This document shows, piece by piece, positions 1 to 9,428 of a stretch of DNA of 33,119 nucleotides. The position numbers were made by a program, and so were the translations under genes. This stretch comes from Thermoplasmata archaeon (GTDB taxonomy: Archaea > Thermoplasmatota > SW-10-69-26 > JACQPN01 > JAJPHT01). How positions within the stretch are numbered: the stretch's first letter is position 1; each line of letters begins with the position of its first letter. The notes below the pieces were generated by a model that saw nothing but the letters and a program-made list of their open reading frames with translations, was not told the DNA's origin and searched no databases. Where the stretch lies: the NCBI GenBank assembly GCA_034667685.1, contig JAXDQU010000013.1:1-33119 (forward strand). The letters are read 5' to 3'.

Positions 1-1894
1 GCGCGAGCTCCTCAGGTGCGAGGGTGAGCGTCATGAGCAGCGTTACCCCGACGCCGATCGCCGCGTAGCCCGCCGCCCGCGCGAGGTCCAGCGAGGGGGA
101 GAGCGCCAGCACCACGAGCGCGGCGATGCCCACGAGCGCGCCCAGCAGGATCGCGAGGCCGCTGGAGGCGCCCACCTCGCCCCATGCGTCCGCGACGCCG
201 CGGCCCGTCGCGCGCATCGCCTGGTGCTCGTTGATCAGGAGCAGCGCGAAGGCGAGCCCGACGCCCAGGATGAGCGGCACGAGCGCGAGGTCCACGGTGT
301 CGAGCGGCGCGCCCACGAAGCCCACGAGGCCCAGCGTCCAGAGGATCGCGAAGGCCAGCGGCGCGGCGGCCGCGAGGACCGGCGCGAAGCCGCGCAGCGC
401 GAAGGCCAGCGTCAGCAGCGCGAAGACGGCGATGATCGGGAGCAGCACGCGGTAGTCGTGGCGCGCGAGGTCGCTGGCGTGCGCGTCGGTGATCGCGCGG
501 TCGGCGGTGAAGAGCGGCGGGTTCGCGGGGCCGAAGACCTGCGCCAATGGATCGGGGCTCGTGGGCGCCTCGGCCAGCAGGCGCGAGCGCACGCCCATCG
601 CGGCCTCGCCCACGTCCGCGCCGCGCACGTGCTTCGCCGGATCGACCGTGACGAGCAGCGCGCTCTGGCGCCAGTCGGGCGAGACGACCGCGTCGAGCGC
701 CGCGTAGACCGCGGGCACCTGGAGGTTCGTCTGCACGCCCTGGCAGGCGCCCGTGAGCATCGACTGGAGCATGCAGTAGCGCGCCTCGCCCTGCGGCGAC
801 GTGTCGGGCAGGTCGAAGCTCGCGTTGCCCTGGCCGCTCACCTGGCCCGGGATGCTCGCGCAGGGCGCGGTGGGCGAGACGCACGGGCCGGTCGAGTCGC
901 CGCCCGCCAGCGTCCAGTTGAGGAGCTTGAACATCTCGGGCTCGCCGATCGAGCCGCCGAAGGGCGAGGCGTTGACGACGCGCGCCGCGTACTCGGCCTC
1001 GGCCCGCACGTACACCTCGTCCGTGATGTTCCACGGCGCGGCGGGCGTCTGCCGGCTCTTCAGGCTCGCGTTGGCCTGCTCGTAGATCAGGCGCTGCGTC
1101 GTGTCGTTGACATCAAGCGCGCGGAAGTGGAACGTGACCTGCTGCGTGAAGCCCGACGGGAAGCGGGCGGTGAGGTTGTCATAGGCGAGCGTGGCCGGGT
1201 CGCCGCGGGGCAGGGCGTCGGCCACCTCCGTGCCGGTGGTGACGCTCGTGGCGAAGTAGCCCGCCAGGAGGCTCACGAGGACGACGAGCGAGACGACGGT
1301 CTTCGGGTGGCGTGCGCCGAAGATCGCGACGCGCGAGACGCCGTTCCGCGCCGGGTTGCGGACGAGCCGGCCCTGCACGAAGCCGAAGAAGGTGCTCCAG
1401 CCCGCGACGAGCGCCGTGGCGCCGGCCCCGAACGCGGCGGCGTCGGCCACGAGCGCCGCGTATCCCGCAGGCGTCACGCGCGCGATCCCCTCGACCGCGA
1501 GGAAAGCCCAGATGACGAGCGCGACGAGGAGCGCGGCGGCGAGCGGAAGCCCCGCCGCGAGGCGCGCCGCGTGCCGGTCGTAGGCGAGCGGGCGGCTGTA
1601 GCGCGGCGGCGCGTAGGCGTTGGCCCGCATCCGCCAGCGCGCGAGGTGGTGCGCCCCGGCGGTCGCGAGCGCGGCGGCCAGGAGCGCGGAGAGCGCGGCG
1701 GCGAGCGCGGCGACGCCCACGACGAGCCCCTGCGTGTAAGCGCGCTGCGGGACGAGCGCGTACCAGTCCCACGTGAAGCCGAAGGCGAGCTTCTGCCCGG
1801 CGAACCGCCCCGCGACGAAGCCTGCGGCTCCCAGGAAAAGCGCCGCGACGAGGGCCAGGACGCGACCGCCCCAGCGGCTGGGCATGTTTCCCAT
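1..1894 (-). CDS. MMPL/RND-family membrane transporter, 3' end runs off the window
   Basis: Read by hand, not in the ORF track. Starts ATG 1894 (or 1885), MGNMPSRWGGRVLALV. Contains 'RHPKTVVSLVVLVSLLAGYFA', a large soluble loop, then the TM bundle 'LLPIIAVFALLTLAFALRG...LWTLGLVGFVGAPL...LVPLILGVGLAFALLL'. TATA-like GGTTTATG at about 1926-1933. Confidence 0.8.
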   Translation of the reverse strand, partial: MGNMPSRWGGRVLALVAALFLGAAGFVAGRFAGQKLAFGFTWDWYALVPQRAYTQGLVVGVAALAAALSALLAAALATAGAHHLARWRMRANAYAPPRYSRPLAYDRHAARLAAGLPLAAALLVALVIWAFLAVEGIARVTPAGYAALVADAAAFGAGATALVAGWSTFFGFVQGRLVRNPARNGVSRVAIFGARHPKTVVSLVVLVSLLAGYFATSVTTGTEVADALPRGDPATLAYDNLTARFPSGFTQQVTFHFRALDVNDTTQRLIYEQANASLKSRQTPAAPWNITDEVYVRAEAEYAARVVNASPFGGSIGEPEMFKLLNWTLAGGDSTGPCVSPTAPCASIPGQVSGQGNASFDLPDTSPQGEARYCMLQSMLTGACQGVQTNLQVPAVYAALDAVVSPDWRQSALLVTVDPAKHVRGADVGEAAMGVRSRLLAEAPTSPDPLAQVFGPANPPLFTADRAITDAHASDLARHDYRVLLPIIAVFALLTLAFALRGFAPVLAAAAPLAFAILWTLGLVGFVGAPLDTVDLALVPLILGVGLAFALLLINEHQAMRATGRGVADAWGEVGASSGLAILLGALVGIAALVVLALSPSLDLARAAGYAAIGVGVTLLMTLTLAPEELA

Positions 1895-1954
1895 GAGCCT
1901 CGCGCCGGCCAGCGGGGTCGCGGCACATAAACCCCGACGAGGGCGCGCAACGAC

Positions 1955-2024
1955 GGCTCCGGGGATCAAGACTCGGGGCTCCGGGCTCCGGAGCCCTGAG
2001 CCCTGAGTCTTGAGCCCCGAGCCC
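1955..2024. repeat. Palindromic element made of 7-nt GGGCTC(N)/(N)GAGCCC units
   Basis: Left arm ggctccggggatcaagactcggggctccgggctcc; right arm ggagccctgagccctgagtcttgagccccgagccc. Lies between divergent genes. Confidence 0.8.
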
Positions 2025-2065
2025 TACCGAAGTATCATATCCGTCCTCCAGCAGAGCCCAGGGTC

Positions 2066-2980
2066 ATGTCGTGGCGTTGGGAGTACGTGGACGACGCGAA
2101 GCGCCATCGGGTGGTGGCGTCCCCCGCGTCGGGAGGCCTCGTCGTGGACGAGCGCGACCTCGTCACCGGCGCGGCGTGGCGCGAGGTCCGCGCGGCGGGC
2201 GAGGCGTGGGAGGTGCGCGCGCTGCTCGCGGAGCTGGAGGCGGACCTCGCGCTGGCGGGCCGTTACTGGAAGCGCGTGGACGGCGGCGCGTGGGAAGGCC
2301 TGCGCCAGGCGCCGGGCGCGCCGCGCGTCGACCTCGCGCCTGTGATGCTCGGACGGCTGGAGCTGCACGCGCTCCACGCCGCCGCGCGCGAGCGGCTGGT
2401 CCTCGCGGCGGACCGCGGCGACGCGACGCGCATGCTCGCCGCGCTGGAGTACCCGGCCGCGGAGCCCGAGGCCGCGCTGCTCCAGGTGCTCCACGGCGCG
2501 CTCCCCGAGGCGGGCGTCCGGGCGGCGCTGGCCCGCGAGCACGCGCGCTCCCTGCGCGCCGGCTTCACGAAGCTCTCCGATCCGCGCGACCTCGCCATGG
2601 TCCACGGGCCCGGCTGGCGCGAGACGCTGGCGACGCGCGTGGCCCGCGCCGTCCGCGACCTGCGCGAGGACGCCCCCGCGCGCCCCGCCCCCGCGTCCCC
2701 CTGGGGACGCGCGCACTGCGCCGAGGCGCTGGCCCGGCCGGCGTTCCTCCGCCTCGAAGCGCGCTACCTCAAGCCCGGCGAGCGCGAGCGGCTCGTCCTG
2801 GCCGGCCCGCAAGCCATCCGGCGCCACGTGGCCGCGCTGCGCGCCCGCGCCCCCGCCGCGGAGCAGCACCTTCTCTCCGTCCTGGAGGCCTGCCTGCGGA
2901 CGCGCCACGCCCTCGCCTCCGTCGGCCCCTGGGACGCCGAGGCCGCCGACGCGCTCCGGCACGCGGAGATGCTCCTGTGA
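2066..2980 (+). CDS. Hypothetical protein, paralogue of 3037-4056
   Basis: 304 aa ORF with GC3-biased codons. Shares motifs WxYxD, ELExxLxLAGxYW and REHxxxxxxGFxKL with the next gene. Confidence 0.75.
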   Translation: MSWRWEYVDDAKRHRVVASPASGGLVVDERDLVTGAAWREVRAAGEAWEVRALLAELEADLALAGRYWKRVDGGAWEGLRQAPGAPRVDLAPVMLGRLELHALHAAARERLVLAADRGDATRMLAALEYPAAEPEAALLQVLHGALPEAGVRAALAREHARSLRAGFTKLSDPRDLAMVHGPGWRETLATRVARAVRDLREDAPARPAPASPWGRAHCAEALARPAFLRLEARYLKPGERERLVLAGPQAIRRHVAALRARAPAAEQHLLSVLEACLRTRHALASVGPWDAEAADALRHAEMLL

Positions 2981-3036
2981 GCCCCGGGCCTCCGGCCGCA
3001 CCTATATATGGCGGAGCCGGGAGACCCACGGGCGCC

Positions 3037-4056
3037 ATGGCGTCGCTCGCGGCCAGCCGGCTGTCCCCCCGCCACTGGATCTACCTCGACGAAGGACGCA
3101 CCCACGAGGTCCACGCCCAGGTGGACCCGCGCCCCGACGAGTCGATGTTCCTCGTCACCGAGTTCCCGCGCGGCTCGCGCGACCCCGCCGAAGCCGTGCA
3201 GCAGGCGCGCCGGGTGGGCGAGGAAGCCGAGCTCCAGGCCGCCGTCCGCGAGCTGGAGGACCGCCTGCGCCTCGCGGGAAGCTACTGGCGCGCCGACGCC
3301 AAGGACCTCGCCTGGGCGCCCCTGGGCGCGTCCGCCAAGCAGGTCGACCTGCGCGCGCTGGAGATGCCGCTTCCCGGCGCCACCAACCCCGCGCACAAGA
3401 TGCAGTTCCACCACTTCCACAACCCCAACGGCAGCGACAAGCTCCTCGTCGCCATGCCGCGCCTCGACGTCCCCGGCGACCGGCAGATCCTCGCCGAGCT
3501 GGCCTTCGAGTTCCCCCGCGTGGAGATCGGCGAGCTGGACATCGTGCACCCGCGCCTCGCCCCCGCCACCCTGCGCAGCGCGATCGTCCGCGAGCACCTC
3601 GAGCTCCCCCAGAAGGGATTCGGCAAGCTCGTCGAAGCGAAGGACTACGTCAAGAGCTTCGGCGACGGCTGGATCGAGAGCGCCAAGCAGATGTGGCGCG
3701 GCGCCGCGGCCCGGATGCTATCAGGCCGCCCCCAGGAGCCGCTCCCGACCTACCAGCGCCCCCAGCGGCCCCAGCGCGTCGAGGAGATCCGCGAGGCCCT
3801 CGGCCACGCCAAGATCCTCGCGCTCAAGGCGCGCTTCCTCGTGGGCGAGGAGGGCTCCCGCGCCGTGGCCAACGGCGAGCACGCCATCCGCCGCCTCATC
3901 CAGGCCAAGCGCCGCCAGACCGACCACACCGTCGCCTACGAGCTGGCGATGCTGGAGACCGCGCTCCTCCTGGAGCAGGCGCTCCGCAACGAGGTCTGGT
4001 CGCTCTTCGAGGAGGAGCAGACGAAGCTCCTGCGGTACGTGCGCGGGTTCGCGTAG
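3037..4056 (+). CDS. Hypothetical protein (339 aa), paralogue of 2066-2980
   Basis: ATG 3037 (MASLAASRLSPRHWIYLDEG) within ORF 2071..4056. TATA box TATATAT at 3003-3009. Confidence 0.8.
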   Translation: MASLAASRLSPRHWIYLDEGRTHEVHAQVDPRPDESMFLVTEFPRGSRDPAEAVQQARRVGEEAELQAAVRELEDRLRLAGSYWRADAKDLAWAPLGASAKQVDLRALEMPLPGATNPAHKMQFHHFHNPNGSDKLLVAMPRLDVPGDRQILAELAFEFPRVEIGELDIVHPRLAPATLRSAIVREHLELPQKGFGKLVEAKDYVKSFGDGWIESAKQMWRGAAARMLSGRPQEPLPTYQRPQRPQRVEEIREALGHAKILALKARFLVGEEGSRAVANGEHAIRRLIQAKRRQTDHTVAYELAMLETALLLEQALRNEVWSLFEEEQTKLLRYVRGFA

Positions 4057-4118
4057 GTTCCGCAAAACCTCGGGCCAGAATTGGCTTCGCCTCGGAGGGC
4101 TCCTTCCGGCGCGGTGCC

Positions 4119-4376
4119 ATGCCCATGCGATCCGCCACCGTGATCCTGACCGCGCTCGTCGTCTTGACCGCCACGCTTCCCGCCGTCCTCGCCATCGACC
4201 CGCCCAGCCTCGACGACGTCAAGGTCATGCTGCGCCCCCCGACGCACGAGGAGTGCAACTACGGCGACTACCCGTACGTCGAGTGCTGCACCGTCGACGA
4301 CGACACCGGCCGCCGCTACTCGTGCCAGTGGTGCGACTACGAGACGACGCCGCCCGAGTGCTGGGAGGGGTATTAG
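4119..4376 (+). CDS. Small secreted Cys-rich protein
   Basis: Signal peptide MPMRSATVILTALVVLTATLPAVLA followed by an acidic domain with 6 Cys. Start is ATG 4119 or 4125. Confidence 0.7.
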   Translation: MPMRSATVILTALVVLTATLPAVLAIDPPSLDDVKVMLRPPTHEECNYGDYPYVECCTVDDDTGRRYSCQWCDYETTPPECWEGY

Positions 4377-4470
4377 GGCCGGGTGCGGCGACCTCCGGAC
4401 AAGAGTCAAGCCAAGCACCGCGCTCCGCAGCGCGGCAAGGGTTATCCTGATGGAGCACGAGTCCGACAGC

Positions 4471-4725
4471 ATGCGCGCGTTCGACGTCCTCATCGAGCCG
4501 GGTGAGGACAGCGGCTACGTCGCGCGCGTCCCGGCGCTTCCCGGCTGCCACACCCAAGGCGCCACGCTGGACGAAGTGCTCGCCAACATCCAGGAAGCCA
4601 TCGCGCTCTACCTCGACGTCGAGGGATCCCCTGCCACGCGGCTCGTGGGCCTTCGCGGTTCGTCCGATGAGTCTCAGGGCTCTGGACTCGGGGCTCGGGA
4701 CTCCAGGTTTGACGGCGAGCCCTGA
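4471..4725 (+). CDS. hicB: HicB-family antitoxin (UPF0150-like), orphan; C-terminus runs into a repeat element
   Basis: MRAFDVLIEPGEDSGYVARVPALPGCHTQGATLDEVLANIQEAIALYL is the canonical HicB N-terminal motif. GGTTATC about 28 nt upstream favours ATG 4471 over 4450. Confidence 0.85.
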   Translation: MRAFDVLIEPGEDSGYVARVPALPGCHTQGATLDEVLANIQEAIALYLDVEGSPATRLVGLRGSSDESQGSGLGARDSRFDGEP

Positions 4726-4750
4726 GCCCCGAGTCCAGAGTCCTGAGCCC
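4673..4750. repeat. Heptamer-based palindrome with 31-bp arms
   Basis: 4673-4703 and 4717-4747 are complementary at 28/31 positions, with a 13-nt loop. Same unit as 1955-2024. Confidence 0.85.
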
Positions 4751-6234
4751 TACGCGAACAGCGACTTCCCCGTCATCGCCTTCGGCTGCGGCAGCCCCAT
4801 CGCCGCGAGGATCGTCGGCGCGACGTCGGCCAGGATGCCGGGCCGCAGCTTGCGCCCGCCCCCCGGTCCCTGGTAGAAGAGCGGCACCGGCAGCGTCGTG
4901 TGCGCGGTCTGCGGCGAGCCGTCCGGGTTCGTCATCTCCTCCGCGTTGCCGTGGTCAGCCGTCACGAAGAGGTGATATCGTTCCTCGCGCGCGGTCTCGA
5001 CGAGGAGGCCAAGGCAGTGGTCCACGGTCTCGACGGCCTTGACGGTCGCGCCGAAGTCGCCGGTGTGGCCGACCATGTCGCAGTTGGCGAAGTTCATCAC
5101 GACGAGGTCGACGCCCTCGCGCATCGCGCGCACGCCCGCCTCGCAGACGCCCGCGGCGCTCATCTCGGGCGCGTGGTCGTAGGTGGCGACGTGCTTGGGG
5201 CTCTGGACGAGCGCACGCTTCTCGCCGGGGAAGGGCTGCTCCTCGCCGCCGTTGAGGAAGTAGGTGACGTGCGCGTACTTCTCCGTCTCCGCGATGCGCA
5301 TCTGCGTGAGGCCCGCGCGGCTGACGATCTCGCCGAGCACCTCGCGCGGCCGCTCGTCGCCGAACGCGAACGGGCTCGTGAGCGAGTCCTCGTAGCGCGT
5401 CATCGTCGTGACCTTGTGCCCGTGGTCGCCCATCGTCTTCGTCATCTGGCGCGCGCGGTCGGGCCGGAAGTTGAAGTAGACGACGCGGTCGCCCTCGCGC
5501 AGGCGCAGGTCGGGCCGGATCACGGCGGGCTCCAGGAACTCGTCGGTGACGCCGGCCTTGTACGACTGCGCGACGTACTCGTCCACGGTGCGCGCGTCGA
5601 GCCCCTTGCCGTGCGCGATCGCGTCGTACGCCCGCTGCGTGCGCTCCCAGCGCTTGTCGCGGTCCATCGCGTAGTAACGGCCCGCCACCGTCGCGACGAC
5701 GCCCGTGCCGAGGCGCTCCATCTCGCGCTGCAACGCCGCGAGGTAGCCCGCGCCGCCCGTGGGGCTCGTGTCGCGCCCGTCGGTGAAGGCGTGCACGACG
5801 ACGCGCTGGCCGGTGAGCCCCTCGCGCCGCGCGAGGTCGAGCAGCGCGTGAAGGTGCGCCTGGCTGCTGTGGCCGCCGCCGTCGCACACGCGCCCCATCA
5901 GGTGCAGGTTGCCGCCGGTCGAGGCCGCGCTGCGCGCGGCCACGACGAGGGCCGGGTTGCGGAAGAAGTCCCCCTCCGCGATCGCCTTGTCGATGCGCGT
6001 GAGCATCTGGTAGATGACGCGCCCCGCGCCGATGTTCATGTGGCCCACCTCGCTGTTCCCCATCTGGCCTTCGGGCAGCCCCACCGCGAGGCCCGAGGTC
6101 TCCAGGTGCGTGCGCGAGAGGTGCGCGCTGAAGCGCCCGATCGTGGGCGTCCGCGCGGCCTTGATGGCGTTGCCGTCCGTCTCGTCGCGCAGGCCGAAGC
6201 CGTCGAGGATCACGAGGATGGCTTTGGCTGTCAC
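4750..6234 (-). CDS. gpmI: 2,3-bisphosphoglycerate-independent phosphoglycerate mutase (GpmI type)
   Basis: GTG 6234, TAKAILVILDGFG. Motifs GLPEGQMGNSEVGH, GRYYAMDRDKRW, FNFRPDRARQ, ETEKYAHVTYF, NFANCDMVGHTG and TADHGNAE. Confidence 0.95.
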   Translation of the reverse strand: MTAKAILVILDGFGLRDETDGNAIKAARTPTIGRFSAHLSRTHLETSGLAVGLPEGQMGNSEVGHMNIGAGRVIYQMLTRIDKAIAEGDFFRNPALVVAARSAASTGGNLHLMGRVCDGGGHSSQAHLHALLDLARREGLTGQRVVVHAFTDGRDTSPTGGAGYLAALQREMERLGTGVVATVAGRYYAMDRDKRWERTQRAYDAIAHGKGLDARTVDEYVAQSYKAGVTDEFLEPAVIRPDLRLREGDRVVYFNFRPDRARQMTKTMGDHGHKVTTMTRYEDSLTSPFAFGDERPREVLGEIVSRAGLTQMRIAETEKYAHVTYFLNGGEEQPFPGEKRALVQSPKHVATYDHAPEMSAAGVCEAGVRAMREGVDLVVMNFANCDMVGHTGDFGATVKAVETVDHCLGLLVETAREERYHLFVTADHGNAEEMTNPDGSPQTAHTTLPVPLFYQGPGGGRKLRPGILADVAPTILAAMGLPQPKAMTGKSLFA

Positions 6235-6335
6235 GTGGCTGGCGAGGCGCGGCGGGGGCTTGGCTCTTGCGACGCCTGGCCGCGCCGTACGAGTCCGGAC
6301 GTGGCTGCATCCGCTTTGCTGACAAGCTTGGCAAG

Positions 6336-6370
6336 AAAAAAAAAGAGGAGCGCGGCGCGCGGGCCGCGCG
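6336..6370 (-). terminator. Hairpin plus T9 terminator downstream of 6393-7286
   Basis: Minus strand gcgcggc-ccgcgc-gccgcgc stem followed by tcctcTTTTTTTTT (A9 at 6336-6344 on +). Confidence 0.6.
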
Positions 6371-6392
6371 GAGGCGAACTCGGGTCGCGAGC

Positions 6393-7286
6393 TCAGGGGC
6401 TGCTCGCGCAGCCGCTGATCGCGTTCGACCAGAGGGGCTGCACGGCGTAGACCTTGCCGCCCAGGGTGATGTCGTGCGACTGGGGGGTCCACGCGCACTT
6501 GTCGCCGTTCTCGGCGTTGCTCGAGTCGCACCAGCCGGTGCAGGGCAGCGGGTCCGTCTGCGCCTCGGCCATCTCGTGGCCGCCGACGATGCTGACGCCG
6601 TCGAGCGGGCCGTTGGCGTTGACGAAGTTCTGGCCGCAGGACGCGCCGGCGTCGTGGATGTACGGGAAGTACGTGACCGCGATGCTCTGGCCGCTGACGC
6701 TAAGGCCCTCGTGGTAGGCGCACCACTGCGTGCCGAAGCCCGACTGCGAGTGGCCCGAGGGCGTCGCGACGATGTAGTCCGCCTGGGCGTTGTAGCCGAA
6801 GTGCGCCTCACAGCGCGCGCCGGCGCTGTTGACCTGCGTCTGCGTCGGGCGGGTGGGGACCGAGGTCGTGTCGGACCAGGTGCCCTTTAGGATGCCCGAG
6901 GGGTTGCTCACGCCGTACTGGTTGTCCTGGCCCAGCCACGCGCTGCCGCCGACGTTGTTGAGGAAGCCTTCGTAGTAAGGCTTCTCGCCGTAGGGGTCGC
7001 TCGTCCAGCCCCAGTAGCAGATGTAGACGATCTGGTTCGTGAGGAGCCGGCCGCCGTGGTTGATCAGGTTGCCCTGCTCGGTGGAGATGCCGGTGGCGGC
7101 CTGGACGGCCTGCGTGGCAGGGTTGTAGATCGGCATGTAGTCGATGCCGGTGACGCGCGGGTCGTTGTCGCCGCCCGTCACCGCGCCGACGGTGTCGGGG
7201 GTGAGCGCGATCGCGCCGATGAGCGGCGTGAGCGTGAGCGCGGCAAGAGCAAGAAATACTCCCAAAAGCACGATTCGTGAGCTCAT
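6393..7286 (-). CDS. Secreted protein, Phi-1/EXORDIUM-like (HExxExxTDP)
   Basis: Signal peptide MSSRIVLLGVFLALAALTL. Motifs LINHGG, WCAYH, DGVSIVGGHEMAEAQTDP, ENGDKCAW and VQPLWSN. Confidence 0.7.
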   Translation of the reverse strand: MSSRIVLLGVFLALAALTLTPLIGAIALTPDTVGAVTGGDNDPRVTGIDYMPIYNPATQAVQAATGISTEQGNLINHGGRLLTNQIVYICYWGWTSDPYGEKPYYEGFLNNVGGSAWLGQDNQYGVSNPSGILKGTWSDTTSVPTRPTQTQVNSAGARCEAHFGYNAQADYIVATPSGHSQSGFGTQWCAYHEGLSVSGQSIAVTYFPYIHDAGASCGQNFVNANGPLDGVSIVGGHEMAEAQTDPLPCTGWCDSSNAENGDKCAWTPQSHDITLGGKVYAVQPLWSNAISGCASSP

Positions 7287-7454
7287 GTTGGTTGCCTCTC
7301 GGTCGTCCCAAACGACCGTCCGGCAGAAAGACGTCCCCATGCATAATGCGCTCAGGGCCTGCAGCCTTTGCGATGGGAATGGCCCTGCCCCCCGGCTGCG
7401 CAGACGATTCCTTCATCATGTCGTGGCTTGGTCTCTCGGTCGGGAGGTCTCGTC

Positions 7455-8552
7455 GTGCGCGCGCGTCCGCTCCTTGCCGTGCTCATTATTGCCATGCCAA
7501 CGTTGCTCACGCCGACGCTTGTCGCGCAGGCGCCTCTGGGAGCCCCGACTCGGGTCGCGATCCTCGCGCGCGAGGCGCTGCCCCTGGCCACCGTGGGCGG
7601 CGATCCGCGTGTCGGCTTCGTCGTCGTCGAGACCCGCGACGTGGGCGCGCTGCGTGCGACGTACGGCGACCGCGTCGTGCTCGACGCGCGCGCATGGGCC
7701 GCAAGCGCGCCCGACGATCCGCTTTGGACGTCGCAGTGGGGCCCGCAGGCGCTGGACATGGCCGACGCGTGGGACCTGGAAAACGGAAGCGAGTCCGTCA
7801 AGGTCGCGGTGATCGACAGCGGAATCGACACGACGCATCCCGACCTCCAAGGCGTTCCGATCGAGAACGGCACCGACTACGTGCAGGACGGCGCGACGCC
7901 CCCGGGTCTCAACGGCCACGGCACGCACGTCGCGGGCATCGTCGCGGCCGCGCGCGACAATGGCATCGGCGTCGCCGGGATCGCGCGCGTAACGCTCCTC
8001 TCGATCCGCGTGCTGAGCGCCGACGGCAGCGGCTCGTGCCTCGACGTGGCGCTCGCGGTCCTCGAGGCGACGGCTCGCGGCGCGAGCATCGTCAACCTGA
8101 GTCTCCAGTGCGGGACCGACTTCGCGCCGTTGCACCTTGCGATCCAGAGCGCCACGCAGGCCGGCGTCCTCGTCGTCGCGGCCGCGGGCAACAACGCGCT
8201 CAACGGCGGGGCCTGCCCGTCGTTCCCGGCTTCCTACGGCGAGGTCCTCGCCGTCGCCGCGCTGCAAAACGCGACGGCGCTCTGGCCCAATTCGTGCAGC
8301 GGCCCGAGCATCGAGCTCGCCGCGCCCGGCGCCGACGTGCTCTCCACGTGGCCGGGAGGCGGCTACGCGTATGCTTCGGGAACGAGCATGGCCGCTCCGC
8401 AGGTCAGCGGCATCGCAGCCCTCGTGAAGTCGCGCTTCCCCGACATCAACGGCACCGAGCTGCGCGCGCGCCTCGACGCGACGGCGACGGACATCGGCTC
8501 GGGCGTCGCGCACGGGCGCGTGAACCCGGTCGCGGCGCTCGCGGCGGGCTGA
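7455..8552 (+). CDS. Secreted subtilisin-family (S8) serine protease
   Basis: GTG 7455 after SD-like GGAGGT. Catalytic triad motifs VAVIDSG, NGHGTHVAG and SGTSMAAP; oxyanion AAAGN. Confidence 0.92.
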   Translation: MRARPLLAVLIIAMPTLLTPTLVAQAPLGAPTRVAILAREALPLATVGGDPRVGFVVVETRDVGALRATYGDRVVLDARAWAASAPDDPLWTSQWGPQALDMADAWDLENGSESVKVAVIDSGIDTTHPDLQGVPIENGTDYVQDGATPPGLNGHGTHVAGIVAAARDNGIGVAGIARVTLLSIRVLSADGSGSCLDVALAVLEATARGASIVNLSLQCGTDFAPLHLAIQSATQAGVLVVAAAGNNALNGGACPSFPASYGEVLAVAALQNATALWPNSCSGPSIELAAPGADVLSTWPGGGYAYASGTSMAAPQVSGIAALVKSRFPDINGTELRARLDATATDIGSGVAHGRVNPVAALAAG

Positions 8553-8554
8553 GG

Positions 8555-9331
8555 TCAGACGCCGGCCGCGACCGCGACCACGAGCCCGAGCAGCGCGCCC
8601 GCGGTGATCGACACGAGGTTCGTCTCCTCCTTGGTGAAGAGGCCGTCGCCCTCGAGCGTGGCGCCCAGGATGCTGTCGATCTGGCAGCCCACGAAGCCGC
8701 ACACGACGGGGATCAGGAGCGTGTAGGCGTTGAGGCCCATGTGCAGCGCGCCGCGCGTGAGCACGCCCAGGAAGAGCCAGCCCAGGAGCGCGATGATCGC
8801 GCCGCCCGCGAGCGCGGCCATCTGGCCGGGGAACGAGACGCCGCCGTCGACGCCCGCGGGCACCTGCTTGAGGTTCGTGATGAGGTAGACGCGCTTGGCG
8901 AGCGAGCCGAACTCGGACGCGAGCGTGTCGGAGGCCGCGACGGCGATGGCGCTGACGTACGCGACCGCGGCGACGTTGGGACCCCAGAGCGCGCCGAGGA
9001 AGGGCGCGGCGACGGCGAGGATGGCGGGCGTGATCCCGTTGGCGATGACGTTGCGCGTGCTGCGCCGGCCGCCGGCCTTCTCGGAGACTTTGGCCTTCTC
9101 CTTCTCGGCGAAACGGAACCTCGTGGCCGCGCTGCCCAGCGCGAGCAAGGCGAAAAGGAGCAGAAGCCACGAGAAGTTGGTGAAGAGGACGATGAGCGCC
9201 CCCATGGCGAACGCGGTGAACGCGCCGGCGACGTTGAGCATGTCCTTCCGGTACGTGTACACGCCGACGGCGGCCACCGCGAGGACCTGCAGCAGCTTGA
9301 TCGGCGTCACGAAGGACGCGGCGTCCACCAT
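8555..9331 (-). CDS. DUF92-family integral membrane protein
   Basis: Motifs GGRRSTRNVIANG, AASDTLASEFG, VPAGVDGGVSFPG, IDSILGATLE and ETNL. Confidence 0.9.
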   Translation of the reverse strand: MVDAASFVTPIKLLQVLAVAAVGVYTYRKDMLNVAGAFTAFAMGALIVLFTNFSWLLLLFALLALGSAATRFRFAEKEKAKVSEKAGGRRSTRNVIANGITPAILAVAAPFLGALWGPNVAAVAYVSAIAVAASDTLASEFGSLAKRVYLITNLKQVPAGVDGGVSFPGQMAALAGGAIIALLGWLFLGVLTRGALHMGLNAYTLLIPVVCGFVGCQIDSILGATLEGDGLFTKEETNLVSITAGALLGLVVAVAAGV

Positions 9332-9428
9332 GAGGGCTCCCGCGCGGCGCAGGGTCGCAGCCCGGGCCGAAGGCCCGGAGCGGAGACGCCGGGCGCTTCA
9401 GCGCGCCATTGCGCCGCGCGTTGGGTTC

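Noticed and set aside
4047-4759. 11-bp inverted repeat (gttcgcgtagg / cctacgcgaac) flanking the Cys-peptide and hicB segment as a transposon or invertible unit
   Set aside because: It is explained by two convergent genes both ending Phe-Ala-TAG. There is no transposase or target duplication.
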